Notes under the pieces: generated by a model
The model's database searches: none
Told to the model about the DNA's origin: nothing
Seen by the model: only the letters and a program-made list of their open reading frames with translations
Part shown: piece by piece, positions 25,633 through 33,394 of the stretch
Numbering within the stretch: the first letter of the stretch is position 1
How the letters are laid out: each line of letters opens with the position of its first letter
Made by a program: the position numbers and the translations under genes
Assembly (NCBI GenBank): GCA_037445815.1
Contig: JBBIJV010000001.1
Coordinates: 8,750-72,749 of the forward strand
Origin: Rhodospirillaceae bacterium
GTDB taxonomy: Bacteria > Pseudomonadota > Gammaproteobacteria > Steroidobacterales > Rariloculaceae
DNA length: 64,000 nucleotides
Direction of reading: 5' to 3'

Positions 25633-25983
25633 TTACGCGGCGTCGTCGAGCACTTCAAGAACGACATCCGGCCGCTTATCTATCACCTTCAGCAGAATGC
25701 GTGCACTCGCCTCAGGGACCTTGCGCCCCTGCTCCCAGTCTCTAACAGCGCCCTTAGAAAATCCGAAGCGTGCGGCGAACGCTTCCTGCGTGAAGCCGAG
25801 CTTCGTGCGGATAGCGGCAACGTCCACCGACGCTGGAACATGAACGCGGTACTTCGTCGGATCGGCCTCACCGCGCGCGTAGGTCTCCGCGTCTTCGAGG
25901 CCGCGCATGATGCGCTCGAAGTTCACGTTCTTCTTCCTTGTCGATGTATTGGGCCTCTTCGTGCTTTTCCTCATTGAGGTCAT
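25633..25983 (-). CDS. XRE-family HTH antitoxin (HigA-like)
   Basis: 116 aa. [44 protein letters not shown] forms the HTH. It overlaps the upstream toxin gene by 4 nt, giving the toxin-first order seen in higBA. Confidence 0.8.
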   Translation of the reverse strand: MTSMRKSTKRPNTSTRKKNVNFERIMRGLEDAETYARGEADPTKYRVHVPASVDVAAIRTKLGFTQEAFAARFGFSKGAVRDWEQGRKVPEASARILLKVIDKRPDVVLEVLDDAA

Positions 25984-26333
25984 CCTTTTGGTCCAACGTC
26001 TATACCGAGACTCGCTCGCAACCGCGCCGTTGCTTGCTTCATTGCGTTTCGCTCGGCTGCGGAGAAGTTTGCTCGCGAGCCCTTGGCGAGAACGGCGAGC
26101 AGAAACACGGGCACGTCCTCTCCACCGAAGAAGGTGACCACGCGATAGCCGCCCGACTTGCCCTTCCCCTTGCCGCTGACTCGAACCTTTCGACAGCCGC
26201 CTGATCCGACGATTAGATCGCCAGCCCGGGGGTTGGCGGCAATGAGATCCACAGCGGCCTCTCTCTCATCGGAAGTCATGTGCTCGTGCTTCGCGTCGGC
26301 GAGGTACGAAGGTGTTTCGATGACCGCGTGCAC
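25980..26333 (-). CDS. RelE/ParE-superfamily toxin (HigB-like)
   Basis: 117 aa. [52 protein letters not shown] is typical of this toxin family. The start codon is GTG. Confidence 0.75.
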   Translation of the reverse strand: MHAVIETPSYLADAKHEHMTSDEREAAVDLIAANPRAGDLIVGSGGCRKVRVSGKGKGKSGGYRVVTFFGGEDVPVFLLAVLAKGSRANFSAAERNAMKQATARLRASLGIDVGPKG

Positions 26334-26341
26334 GCATTACA

Positions 26342-26358
26342 GTACGGCGTAGCCGTAC
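26342..26358. promoter_or_regulatory. Palindrome immediately upstream of the HigB-like toxin gene (candidate TA operator)
   Basis: GTACGGC-gta-GCCGTAC has perfect 7-bp arms and lies 8 nt from the GTG start at 26333. Confidence 0.4.
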
Positions 26359-26767
26359 ACGCGTCAAGTGCTCCCTGGCCCTGGTGTGTCCTTAGCGCAT
26401 AGGGGATCAGAGGAATATTCGTCCGTCCGCTGTTGGCCGAACAACGTCTCTGGCCGAACGGACGTAGTGGCCGCCGTCAACGAGCAAAGAGCGTTCGATT
26501 GCAGTCGTTCGCGAGCCGATCACCGACAACGAGCGCTCCGGCGCATGGCGGAGGAGTTTTGTCGACGTCGCATGGGCAAGATCCCCAACCGGTCTGAAGA
26601 GATTCGAACTTTCCCAGCCTTCGTAAACTATTGATACGTCTCGCGGTCGCAGATTCTTCGACGGGTCGCGTCGATGCTGTTTCTTGAGTGGCGAAAGTTC
26701 GAGCTTCTTAGTTTTTCTCGTATTCCCGGGAACTTACGAGAAGCCTGGACGGTAACAAAGAGCAGGT

Positions 26768-26844
26768 TGGCGCGCCCGGAGAGACTCGAACTCCCGACCC
26801 TCAGGTTCGAAGCCTGATGCTCTATCCAACTGAGCTACGGGCGC
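26768..26844 (-). tRNA. tRNA-Arg (anticodon UCG), with encoded CCA
   Basis: The reverse complement GCGCCCGTAGCTCAGTTGGATAGAGCATCAGGCTTCGAACCTGAGGGTCGGGAGTTCGAGTCTCTCCGGGCGCGCCA folds as a cloverleaf: 7-bp acceptor GCGCCCG/CGGGCGC, D arm GCTC/GAGC, anticodon stem TCAGG/CCTGA with loop CTTCGAA, and T arm GGGAG/CTCTC with loop TTCGAGT. Confidence 0.9.
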
Positions 26845-26884
26845 GTGGGCGCGATTGTAAAGGAGCGAGCGCGCGGAAGTCCCA

Positions 26885-27313
26885 TTGGATCCGGCGTTTC
26901 TCGAGAACTGGCACCAGAGCATGATGGCCTCGCATTTCGGCTGGACCGAAGACGACTACCGGCGCGCTCACGCGGCGCTGCCGAGGGCGCTCGAGCTCGC
27001 AAAACGCTTCTACGACGCCGGCGTGAGGCTGTCGATCGGCACCGCGAACTTCGTGCGCGAGCTCGTGCTGCACGTGCGAGCCGGCATCCCGCCGTGGGAA
27101 GTGCTGCGGCTCGCGACGAGCGGCGCCGCCGAGCGGCTCGGGATGGCGGACCGCACGGGAACACTGGCGCCGCGCTTCGAAGCCGACATCGTGTTCCTCA
27201 AGAGCAATCCGCTGGAGAAGATGGAGAACGCCGGCGACGTCGACACCGCCGTGCAGAACGGTCGCGCCTCTCGCGCCGAGGACCTCCTCGAACGGACAAG
27301 GGTATCGAACTGA
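26885..27313 (+). pseudogene. C-terminal remnant of a metal-dependent amidohydrolase
   Basis: 142 aa. YDAGVRLSIGTA..NFVRELVLHVRAGIPPWEVLRLATSGAAERLGMADRTGTLAPRFEADIVFLKSNPLEKMENAGDVDTAVQNGRA matches only the last third of amidohydrolase-family proteins, and the usual GTD..H.E segment looks shortened. The frame opens just 14 nt after the tRNA 5' end, so about 260 N-terminal codons are missing. Confidence 0.55.
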
Positions 27314-27414
27314 CTTGGCAAGAACTTCATTTCTGGCGACGTCGACGGGATTTCGGCGTTGCATGTCTTCGCCGGCGGCGCGCACAATCAGTGCGCCCCT
27401 GGAAAAGAGTTTCG

Positions 27415-27969
27415 ATGACCGCTACGGCTGTCAAACCGGCTACCGCACTGCGCTTGTCGCGCGCCGAGTTGCGCCGCCGCTGGCGACAGCTCGCCGACAA
27501 CCCTGTTGTGGCCGGGATCCCGTGCAAGGTCGAGCTCAACGAGAAGGGCGCCATCGTCGTGAGTCCGCCGACGGTTCGGCATGCTTTCATACAAGGATTC
27601 ATAACGCGCGAGCTCGCGCGGCAACGGCCCGACGGCACGACGCTTCCGGAGTGCCCCGTCGAAACCGAGATCGGCATTCGGGTACCCGACGTCGTGTGGT
27701 CGTCACCGGAGCACATGGCGCAACACCGCGGCGAAAAAGAGCTCAGCGTTGCGCCGGATCTCTGTGTCGAGGTGCTATCGCCGACGAACACGCGCGTCGA
27801 GATGACCGAGAAGACGGCGGCCTATCTCGCGGCCGGCGCAAAAGAGGTCTGGATCGTCGGCGAGAACGGTACTCTGGAAATTCACACGAGTGCCGGCAGG
27901 TTCGCCACAAGCACGCTCGGGTTCGATCTCCCGCGCTTGCCGAACGATCGATCGCTCCAGGCGCCCTAG
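27415..27969 (+). CDS. Uma2 (DUF820) family endonuclease
   Basis: 184 aa from ATG 27415 inside track ORF 26845..27969. VELNEKGAIVVSPP...GIRVPDVVWSS...APDLCVEVLSPTNTRVEMTEKTAAYLAAGAKEVWIVGENGTLEI is the family pattern. Confidence 0.8.
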   Translation: MTATAVKPATALRLSRAELRRRWRQLADNPVVAGIPCKVELNEKGAIVVSPPTVRHAFIQGFITRELARQRPDGTTLPECPVETEIGIRVPDVVWSSPEHMAQHRGEKELSVAPDLCVEVLSPTNTRVEMTEKTAAYLAAGAKEVWIVGENGTLEIHTSAGRFATSTLGFDLPRLPNDRSLQAP

Positions 27970-27977
27970 CGGAACGT

Positions 27978-28412
27978 TTAGCCGCCCCGCCCGCCGAAGT
28001 TGACGACCTCGCTGCCGTCCGGAAACGTGGCGCGCTGCAACGTGCCGCCCGGCTCGCCGCTCTTCAGCGGCCAGACGACGACCTTGACCTTCTGCCCAGG
28101 CTCGAAAGTGCGCTTCGTCCAGCCGCGCCGGCCGAGAAAATTCGGGCTCATGCCTTCGAGGCCCCAACGCGTCGTCGAGCCGTCGGCGTTCGTGACGTTG
28201 ATCCACAAGAACGTGTGCGGGTTCGTCCACTGGAACTCCACCACCTCGCCCTCGAGCTCCTTGTTCGTCTGCATGTCGAACACGCTGAACGAGTGATGCG
28301 CCTGCGCGTTCGCGGTCCACGCGGCGAGCGCGAGGATGGCCACCACGCTGCCGAGCACCATGGCGACGTCACGCAGCGAGCGAGTGCGGCTGCGGCGATT
28401 CGACGTTTTCAT
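27978..28412 (-). CDS. Small secreted HH-NPH protein (module copy c)
   Basis: 144 aa. The signal peptide ends ANAQA, followed by HHSFSVFD..ELEGEVVEFQWTNPH...GWTKRTFEPGQKVKVVVWPLKSGEPGG. It starts 7 nt after the partner gene behind a GAGGAG. Confidence 0.7.
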   Translation of the reverse strand: MKTSNRRSRTRSLRDVAMVLGSVVAILALAAWTANAQAHHSFSVFDMQTNKELEGEVVEFQWTNPHTFLWINVTNADGSTTRWGLEGMSPNFLGRRGWTKRTFEPGQKVKVVVWPLKSGEPGGTLQRATFPDGSEVVNFGGRGG

Positions 28413-28419
28413 GCGAACA

Positions 28420-29169
28420 TCACTCCTCGAAGCTCAGATCGATGCCGGCCTTGCCGTCATCGGTCGTGAAGTTCCTGTTGTTCTGCTGGCAGACGTACTC
28501 GGCGAGCGTCCAGTCGCGGTGGCGGCCGTACGCGGCCGTGCGCGTCCATGGCTTCGTGAGCGCGTCCGGATCGTGAATCGTCGTTTGCACCTCGAGCCGG
28601 TCCGGCGCGGCGAGGCGAAAGCGCTCGACGATGCGCATCTTCTCGCTGTGGCGTTGGCCCTGATTGCCGAGCGACGTGTCGGTCGTGAAGCCGACCGTGT
28701 CGACGACGAGCGTGTCGCCTTCCCAGTGGCCGATCGAGTGGCCGTTGAACGTGAGGTCCGGATCCTCGGGATGCTCGCGGCCGTCCGTGAAGATCTGGCG
28801 CCATTGCGAGTACGCCTCGATCAGGATCGTCACCTTGCCTGGAGTGAACAAGATCTCGATCGGATACGGCTGCGTCATGATCGCGGGCATGCCGTTCGGC
28901 ACGCAGTTCGCTGCGGGGCCGTCCTCGATCTCGCCGCGCTGGACGGCGGCCTGGTACTCCTGAAGTTTCGCCGCGTATTCCGGCGTGAACGCGGGCGGCT
29001 CGCCGGCGCCGCGCGGACCGCCGCCGAACGTGATCTCCCACAAGCCACCGAAGTCGGGCAGCTTGGCGATGGATTCCCAGGTGTCGCCCTGCGGGCCTGA
29101 TTTTTGCGCGGCGAGCGGCGCGGCGGTAACGAAGGCAATGACGGCAATCGACCAGGCGTAGCGCAGCAT
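28420..29169 (-). CDS. Secreted partner protein of the HH-NPH module (copy c)
   Basis: 249 aa with a signal peptide. It carries AANCVPNGMP, NGHSIGHWEGDTLVVDTVGF and IVERFRLAAPDRLEVQTTIHDPDALTKPW. Confidence 0.7.
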   Translation of the reverse strand: MLRYAWSIAVIAFVTAAPLAAQKSGPQGDTWESIAKLPDFGGLWEITFGGGPRGAGEPPAFTPEYAAKLQEYQAAVQRGEIEDGPAANCVPNGMPAIMTQPYPIEILFTPGKVTILIEAYSQWRQIFTDGREHPEDPDLTFNGHSIGHWEGDTLVVDTVGFTTDTSLGNQGQRHSEKMRIVERFRLAAPDRLEVQTTIHDPDALTKPWTRTAAYGRHRDWTLAEYVCQQNNRNFTTDDGKAGIDLSFEE

Positions 29170-29238
29170 GCTTCCCCCCTTGCCTGGTTATACACTAGCA
29201 CCGCCGAACCCAGGCAGTCTGGAGAATCTTCGAGGCTC

Positions 29239-29922
29239 ATGCTCGAGAACGCCGAACGCGCGCCGAACTCGTCGTGGCTCGACGGCGCGCTCGCGCGCTT
29301 CGCCGCGGACAACGCCGAGCTCGCGCCGCGCACGCGCGCGGTGCTCGATTCCTGCATCGGCGACCCGCGCCGACACGCGCGCATGCTGAACACGCTGTCG
29401 CTGCTCGAGCACATGGGCAGCCGCAAGATCATGGCCACGCAGCATTCAGCGGCGATCGACCAGGCCACGCTGAAGCACGTTGCGGAGGAAGCGCACCACG
29501 CGTTTTTCATGAAGCGCCAGGCCGAGAAGACGGCGGAGCGCGCGCTCGAGTACGTGCACGCAGACTTGCTGGCGCCGTCCTCGGCGCGCATGTATTTCCA
29601 GCGGCTCGAAAGTGCCACCGTGAAGGCGCTGGGCTCGAAGCGCAGCGCGCGCGCCGCTTATCTCTACATGTCGGCGATCGTCGAATTTCGGGCGCTCTGG
29701 TTCTACGAGCTGTACCAGCAGGCCCTGAACCGCTCGCGTCACGCGCTGTCGTTGAGGCGCGTGCTCGGCGAGGAGCGTGCGCACCTCGCCGACATGGCCG
29801 AACGGCTCGAAGCCGACGGCGACGGCAGCGGCGCTCATGCGCCGGAGCTGCTACGCGTCGAGAAACGTTTGTTTGCCCGCCTGCTCCGAGGCCTCGAGTG
29901 CGAGGTTGGTATCATTCACTGA
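29239..29922 (+). CDS. Ferritin-like di-iron carboxylate protein (putative oxygenase/oxidase)
   Basis: The start is set at ATG 29239 inside track ORF 29104..29922. Spaced E/ExxH-type motifs are present: LLEHMGSRK, EEAHHAFF, IVEFRALWFYE and GEERAHLADM. The family assignment is tentative. Confidence 0.55.
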   Translation: MLENAERAPNSSWLDGALARFAADNAELAPRTRAVLDSCIGDPRRHARMLNTLSLLEHMGSRKIMATQHSAAIDQATLKHVAEEAHHAFFMKRQAEKTAERALEYVHADLLAPSSARMYFQRLESATVKALGSKRSARAAYLYMSAIVEFRALWFYELYQQALNRSRHALSLRRVLGEERAHLADMAERLEADGDGSGAHAPELLRVEKRLFARLLRGLECEVGIIH

Positions 29923-29933
29923 AGAGGCCCGCC

Positions 29934-30707
29934 GTGCGAGACTTCGACGATACGGCGCGGGCCGTCCGCGCACCGAGCTTCGGGGCTCAGGCGTTCTCGC
30001 GTGCGCTGGTGCTCACGCTCGCGCTTGCCGCGTGCGCGGCACATGCCGAAGTGAGCTCGCGGATCATGCGCGTGGCCGATACGCGCGTCGAGTACAAGCT
30101 CGTGCTGCCCGACGGCTACGACGCGGCGAAGACGTACCCTGCCATCCTCGTCTTCGGCGGCGGACCGCAGACGATGAACACGATCGACGGCGCGCTCGAA
30201 CGCAATTTCCGCGCGCTGGCCGAGCAGCGCGGCTACATCGTGGTCGGGCCCGCGGCGCCCGACGGCGACCTGTTCTTCTACGACGGCGACCGGATCTTCC
30301 CTGCGTTCCTCGACAACATTCTGGCGGCGCACAAGATCGAAGGCGGCAAGTTCCACGTTGCCGGGCCGTCGAACGGCGGCATCGCGGCGATGCACGTCGC
30401 GGCGAAGCATCCGCGGTACTTTTGGTCCGCGACGGCGTTTCCGGGCTACTTGTGGCAGCCGACGGAGGCGAAGCTGCGCGCGCTCGACGGCATTTGCGTC
30501 TATCTCTACATCGGCGAGAACGACGATTACCGCTGGCACGGCGAGATGGAGCGCGAGGTCGAGTACCTGCGCTCGCGCGGAAGCGAGGCGCGGTACACCG
30601 TCGAGCGCGGCCAACCGCACCGACTCGAGACGCTCGCCGGCGCTGGCGCGAGCCGGCTCTTCGACGGCTTTGAAGCCGCGCGGCGCGGCTGCAAGCGCAC
30701 GCCCTGA
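29934..30707 (+). CDS. Secreted alpha/beta hydrolase (esterase/dienelactone-hydrolase-like)
   Basis: This is the tail of track ORF 29274..30707. GTG 29934 is preceded by GAAGAGG, 12 nt after the previous stop. The signal peptide is LVLTLALAACAAHA and the nucleophile elbow is HVAGPSNGG (GxSxG). Confidence 0.7.
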   Translation: MRDFDDTARAVRAPSFGAQAFSRALVLTLALAACAAHAEVSSRIMRVADTRVEYKLVLPDGYDAAKTYPAILVFGGGPQTMNTIDGALERNFRALAEQRGYIVVGPAAPDGDLFFYDGDRIFPAFLDNILAAHKIEGGKFHVAGPSNGGIAAMHVAAKHPRYFWSATAFPGYLWQPTEAKLRALDGICVYLYIGENDDYRWHGEMEREVEYLRSRGSEARYTVERGQPHRLETLAGAGASRLFDGFEAARRGCKRTP

Positions 30708-30764
30708 AGGCACCGGCGGAGCCCAATCCCACGCGGCGTGGTCGCGTTCCCGACCCCCGGCGCA

Positions 30765-30794
30765 CCCTTGAAAAAGCGCCCTCCGACCCCTAGA
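30765..30794 (+). promoter_or_regulatory. RpoH (sigma-32)-type heat-shock promoter candidate
   Basis: CCCTTGAA (30765-30772), a 14-nt spacer, then CCCCTAGA (30787-30794). The E. coli consensus is CCCTTGAA-N13-15-CCCCATNT. It lies about 70 nt upstream of the first hsp20 ATG. Confidence 0.55.
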
Positions 30795-30862
30795 AAACCG
30801 CCGTTTCGCGGGCTCCGGAAACAACGGCCCGCTCAAATGGGATACAAGGAGGATGATGGTCT

Positions 30863-31318
30863 ATGGCACTCGTCAAATACGAACCCTGGGGCATTGGGCA
30901 GCTCCAGAACGAGATCAACCGTCTGTTCCGCTCGTTCGGCGACGCCTTCGGCGATTGGGACTCGAGCGGCGCTACCGCAGGCTGGGTTCCGCCCGTCGAC
31001 ATCTACGAGCACGACGATCGATTCGAGCTCTACATGGACCTCCCCGGCGTCGACGCTTCGGGAGTGGACATCACGCTCGAAGACGGCGTGCTCACGGTCA
31101 GCGGTGAGCGCACACACTTCACCGGCCCGCGCGACGCCAATGACCGCGGCGAGCTGCGCCGCAACGAACGCGGCGAAGGCCGCTTTTATCGGCGCTTCGT
31201 GTTGCCGGACACCGTGGATTCCGATCGCGTGAAGGCGACGAATCGCAACGGCGTGCTCGAGCTCACGATTCCGAAGCAGGCCAAAGCGCTCCCGCGGCGC
31301 ATCAAGGTCGCGGCGTAA
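30863..31318 (+). CDS. Hsp20/alpha-crystallin family small heat-shock protein
   Basis: 151 aa. WVPPVDIYEHDDRFELYMDLPGVDASGVDITLEDGVLTVSGER...GRFYRRFVLPDTVDSDRVKATNRNGVLELTIPK. AAGGAGG lies 10 nt upstream. Confidence 0.9.
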   Translation: MALVKYEPWGIGQLQNEINRLFRSFGDAFGDWDSSGATAGWVPPVDIYEHDDRFELYMDLPGVDASGVDITLEDGVLTVSGERTHFTGPRDANDRGELRRNERGEGRFYRRFVLPDTVDSDRVKATNRNGVLELTIPKQAKALPRRIKVAA

Positions 31319-31359
31319 GCGAGACCTAGCTCGGGAAACTCACGGGAGCAATGCACGTT

Positions 31360-31380
31360 GGGGGGCTCTCCGAGCCCCCC
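31360..31380 (+). promoter_or_regulatory. Very stable GC hairpin between the two hsp20 genes
   Basis: GGGGGGCTC-tcc-GAGCCCCCC has a perfect 9-bp stem. It lies 41 nt after the first hsp20 stop and 29 nt before the second ATG. The T-run (gtttt) is 10 nt downstream rather than adjacent, so this is not a classical intrinsic terminator. Confidence 0.4.
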
Positions 31381-31409
31381 GATGGGCACGTTTTGCCGGA
31401 GGGAGTGTA

Positions 31410-31904
31410 ATGAGCAGTTTGCAACAGGTTCGCGAAGGACTGTCCAAAGCTTGGGATACGATCGCCGTCGGTTGGCGCGAGCTGCGCGAGCTCGCCGGCG
31501 ACGCGCTGACGCGCTTCAACCCGCGCGCCGCACAAGGTTCCCCCGACCTGCCCGTAGCAGCGCGGGGCGCGCGGTGGGGCTTGCTCGCCGCCGAGGTCAC
31601 CGACTCCGACCGCACGATCGACGTTGCGCTCGAGGTTCCTGGCCTCGAGCCCAAGGACTTCGAGATCGAAGTCCAAGGCGACATCCTCGTCGTGCGAGGT
31701 GAGAAAAAGCTCTCGCGCGAGGAAACCCGGGGCCATTACTATGTGATGGAGCGCGCCTACGGGCGATTCGAGCGGGCGATCAAACTGCCCGCGCCGGTCG
31801 ACGATTCTGCGGCGCAGGCGCGCTATCGACACGGCGTACTCACCGTGTCGCTGCCGAAGTCGAACGGAGCACGAGGGCGTAGGATCGCGGTCGAAGAACG
31901 CTGA
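31410..31904 (+). CDS. Hsp20/alpha-crystallin family small heat-shock protein (second copy)
   Basis: 164 aa. IDVALEVPGLEPKDFEIEVQGDILVVRGEKK...YGRFERAIKLPAPVDDSAAQARYRHGVLTVSLPK. GGAGGGAG lies upstream. Confidence 0.85.
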   Translation: MSSLQQVREGLSKAWDTIAVGWRELRELAGDALTRFNPRAAQGSPDLPVAARGARWGLLAAEVTDSDRTIDVALEVPGLEPKDFEIEVQGDILVVRGEKKLSREETRGHYYVMERAYGRFERAIKLPAPVDDSAAQARYRHGVLTVSLPKSNGARGRRIAVEER

Positions 31905-31918
31905 TCGAAGTCGACTCG

Positions 31919-32968
31919 ATGAACAAGCTCGTACGAAACCTAACGTCGCTCGTGGCACCGCTCGCGGCGCTCGCGCTCGTTGCGCCGCGAGCCGGTGCGC
32001 AAGAGCAAGCGCAGGAGCCCGATGCCCCCACCGTGCAGGAAGGGCTCCAGCCGCGCATCACGTTGATCGAGCTGACGCCGCACATTGCCGTCAACGACGC
32101 CGCCACGCTGATCGAGGCGGAGGACTCCGAGCGCGCGCTCGAGCTGCTCGAGGGTTTCATCGCGAATCATCCCGAGCCCGTCGCCGAAGCCTTCTATCTA
32201 CTCGGCGTCGCACACTACAAGCTGGGCGACACGGCGAAGGCGTTGCCGGCGGCCGAGCGCGCCGCGACGCTGGCCGAGGACGCGCCCGCGAGCTGGCTCG
32301 AGCTCGTCGCCGCGCTGCTGAAGCAGCGCGGGGATTACCGCGCGGCCATTCCGTGGCTCGAACGGCTCGTCGAAAAGGAGCCCGGCAACCGGGTCTACTG
32401 GCTCGAGCTGTCGCTCGCCTACGAGAACGCCGGCGACTACGAGCATGCGCTCGCGACGATGCGTCTCGCGCACACGGCCGGGCTCCTCACCGACGACGCC
32501 GACTTCCGCAGGCTGTCGGACCTACTCGTTCATGAGGGCATTCCGCTCCAGGGCGCGGTGGTGCTCGAGCAAGCGATGGACAGCCGGATCGTGCGCGCCG
32601 ACGAGGCGGCGTACACGAAGCTCGGCACGGCTTGGTTCATGGCCGGCGAGCTCGACGAGGCCGTGTTCCCGCTCGAGAACGCCGCTCGCCTCGCCGAAAC
32701 GGGCGACGGCTACGTGCGCCTCGCGATGGCACACGTCGAGCGCAAGGACTGGGCCGCCGCGATTGCGGCGCTGCACGCCGGCATGGGCCGCGGCTCGCTG
32801 AGCGACGAAGGCCGCGCGAACTTGCTCATGGGCGTGGCGCTTTACGGACAAGGCAAGTTCGCCGAAGCCGAGGAGTGGCTCACGATGGCCGCCCAAGTGC
32901 CGGCGCACCGCCCAGCAGCGCAGAGCTATCTCGACGCGATCGCGGCCCGCACCGCAGCCGCCCGCTAG
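31919..32968 (+). CDS. Secreted tetratricopeptide-repeat (TPR) protein
   Basis: 349 aa with a signal peptide. It has repeated A/Y/L-rich TPR-like helices (AEAFYLLGVAHYKLGDTAKA, VYWLELSLAYENAGDYEHA, ANLLMGVALYGQGKFAEA). Confidence 0.75.
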   Translation: MNKLVRNLTSLVAPLAALALVAPRAGAQEQAQEPDAPTVQEGLQPRITLIELTPHIAVNDAATLIEAEDSERALELLEGFIANHPEPVAEAFYLLGVAHYKLGDTAKALPAAERAATLAEDAPASWLELVAALLKQRGDYRAAIPWLERLVEKEPGNRVYWLELSLAYENAGDYEHALATMRLAHTAGLLTDDADFRRLSDLLVHEGIPLQGAVVLEQAMDSRIVRADEAAYTKLGTAWFMAGELDEAVFPLENAARLAETGDGYVRLAMAHVERKDWAAAIAALHAGMGRGSLSDEGRANLLMGVALYGQGKFAEAEEWLTMAAQVPAHRPAAQSYLDAIAARTAAAR

Positions 32969-33000
32969 GCTCGCAGCCCCCGTCTTGCGGCCCCCGTCAA

Positions 33001-33243
33001 TTACGAGCGGGAGCGAGCCTGCGCTGCCGCGTCGCACGCCAACTCGCGCTCCGCCCGCATCCCCGCGCGTCGCATCACCCAAGCGGCGGGGCAAACTCCC
33101 GTGAACGCCTGCTGAAACAGGTTGGCGCCCACGAACACCGTGAGCCACACGAACCCCGGGTGCACGTAGTGCGTCAACACGACGGACAGCAGCACCATGA
33201 ACCCCGCGAACGCATCCACACCACGCTCCACCGACATCGTCAT
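33001..33243 (-). CDS. DUF2892 (YgaP C-terminal-like) small membrane protein
   Basis: 80 aa with two TM helices and the conserved FTGVCP motif. It is divergent from sqr. Confidence 0.75.
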   Translation of the reverse strand: MTMSVERGVDAFAGFMVLLSVVLTHYVHPGFVWLTVFVGANLFQQAFTGVCPAAWVMRRAGMRAERELACDAAAQARSRS

Positions 33244-33394
33244 CGCTCCCTTCGAGCTCCTACCGCCGCCATCTAAGGGCAGCGCTCTTCACCCGGCAAT
33301 TTCGGGAAGTACGACCGCTCTCTCGGCGAGTACGCATTGTTCGCCCCGTCGAGCGAGCCTTGAATGACGGCAAGCCGTCACGCGGGAGAAGAGC

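Larger units (their letters stand above)
22660..26767. mobile_element. AT-richer genomic islet abutting the 3' end of tRNA-Arg, with no integrase recognised
   Basis: Base composition drops visibly. By hand count, the 60-nt line starting at 25921 has 28 G+C, against 49 for the line starting at 34861. Content is two toxin-antitoxin pairs, a ParB-like protein, an orphan membrane-anchored ORF and uncallable sequence. It is bounded by the tRNA 3' end on the right and the stop of the 21906..22658 gene on the left. I found no clean direct repeat of the tRNA 3' end. Confidence 0.45.

Noticed and set aside
26599-26616. GAGATTCGAACTTTCCCA resembles the T-arm region of the adjacent tRNA (GAGACTCGAACTCCCGAC). 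It could be a degenerate att repeat about 150 nt from the tRNA.
   Set aside because: Only about 12 of 18 positions match, and most of the match is the palindromic TTCGAA core. I found no better copy of the tRNA 3' end at the left islet border near 22660-22700. This is too weak to call.
26334-26767. A possible integrase remnant between the HigB-like gene and the tRNA 3' end.
   Set aside because: I translated the minus strand (KKLELSPLKKQHRRDPSKNLRPRDVSIVYEGW...) and the plus-strand ORF 26368..26634. Neither shows integrase N-terminal or catalytic (R..HxxR..Y) patterns.
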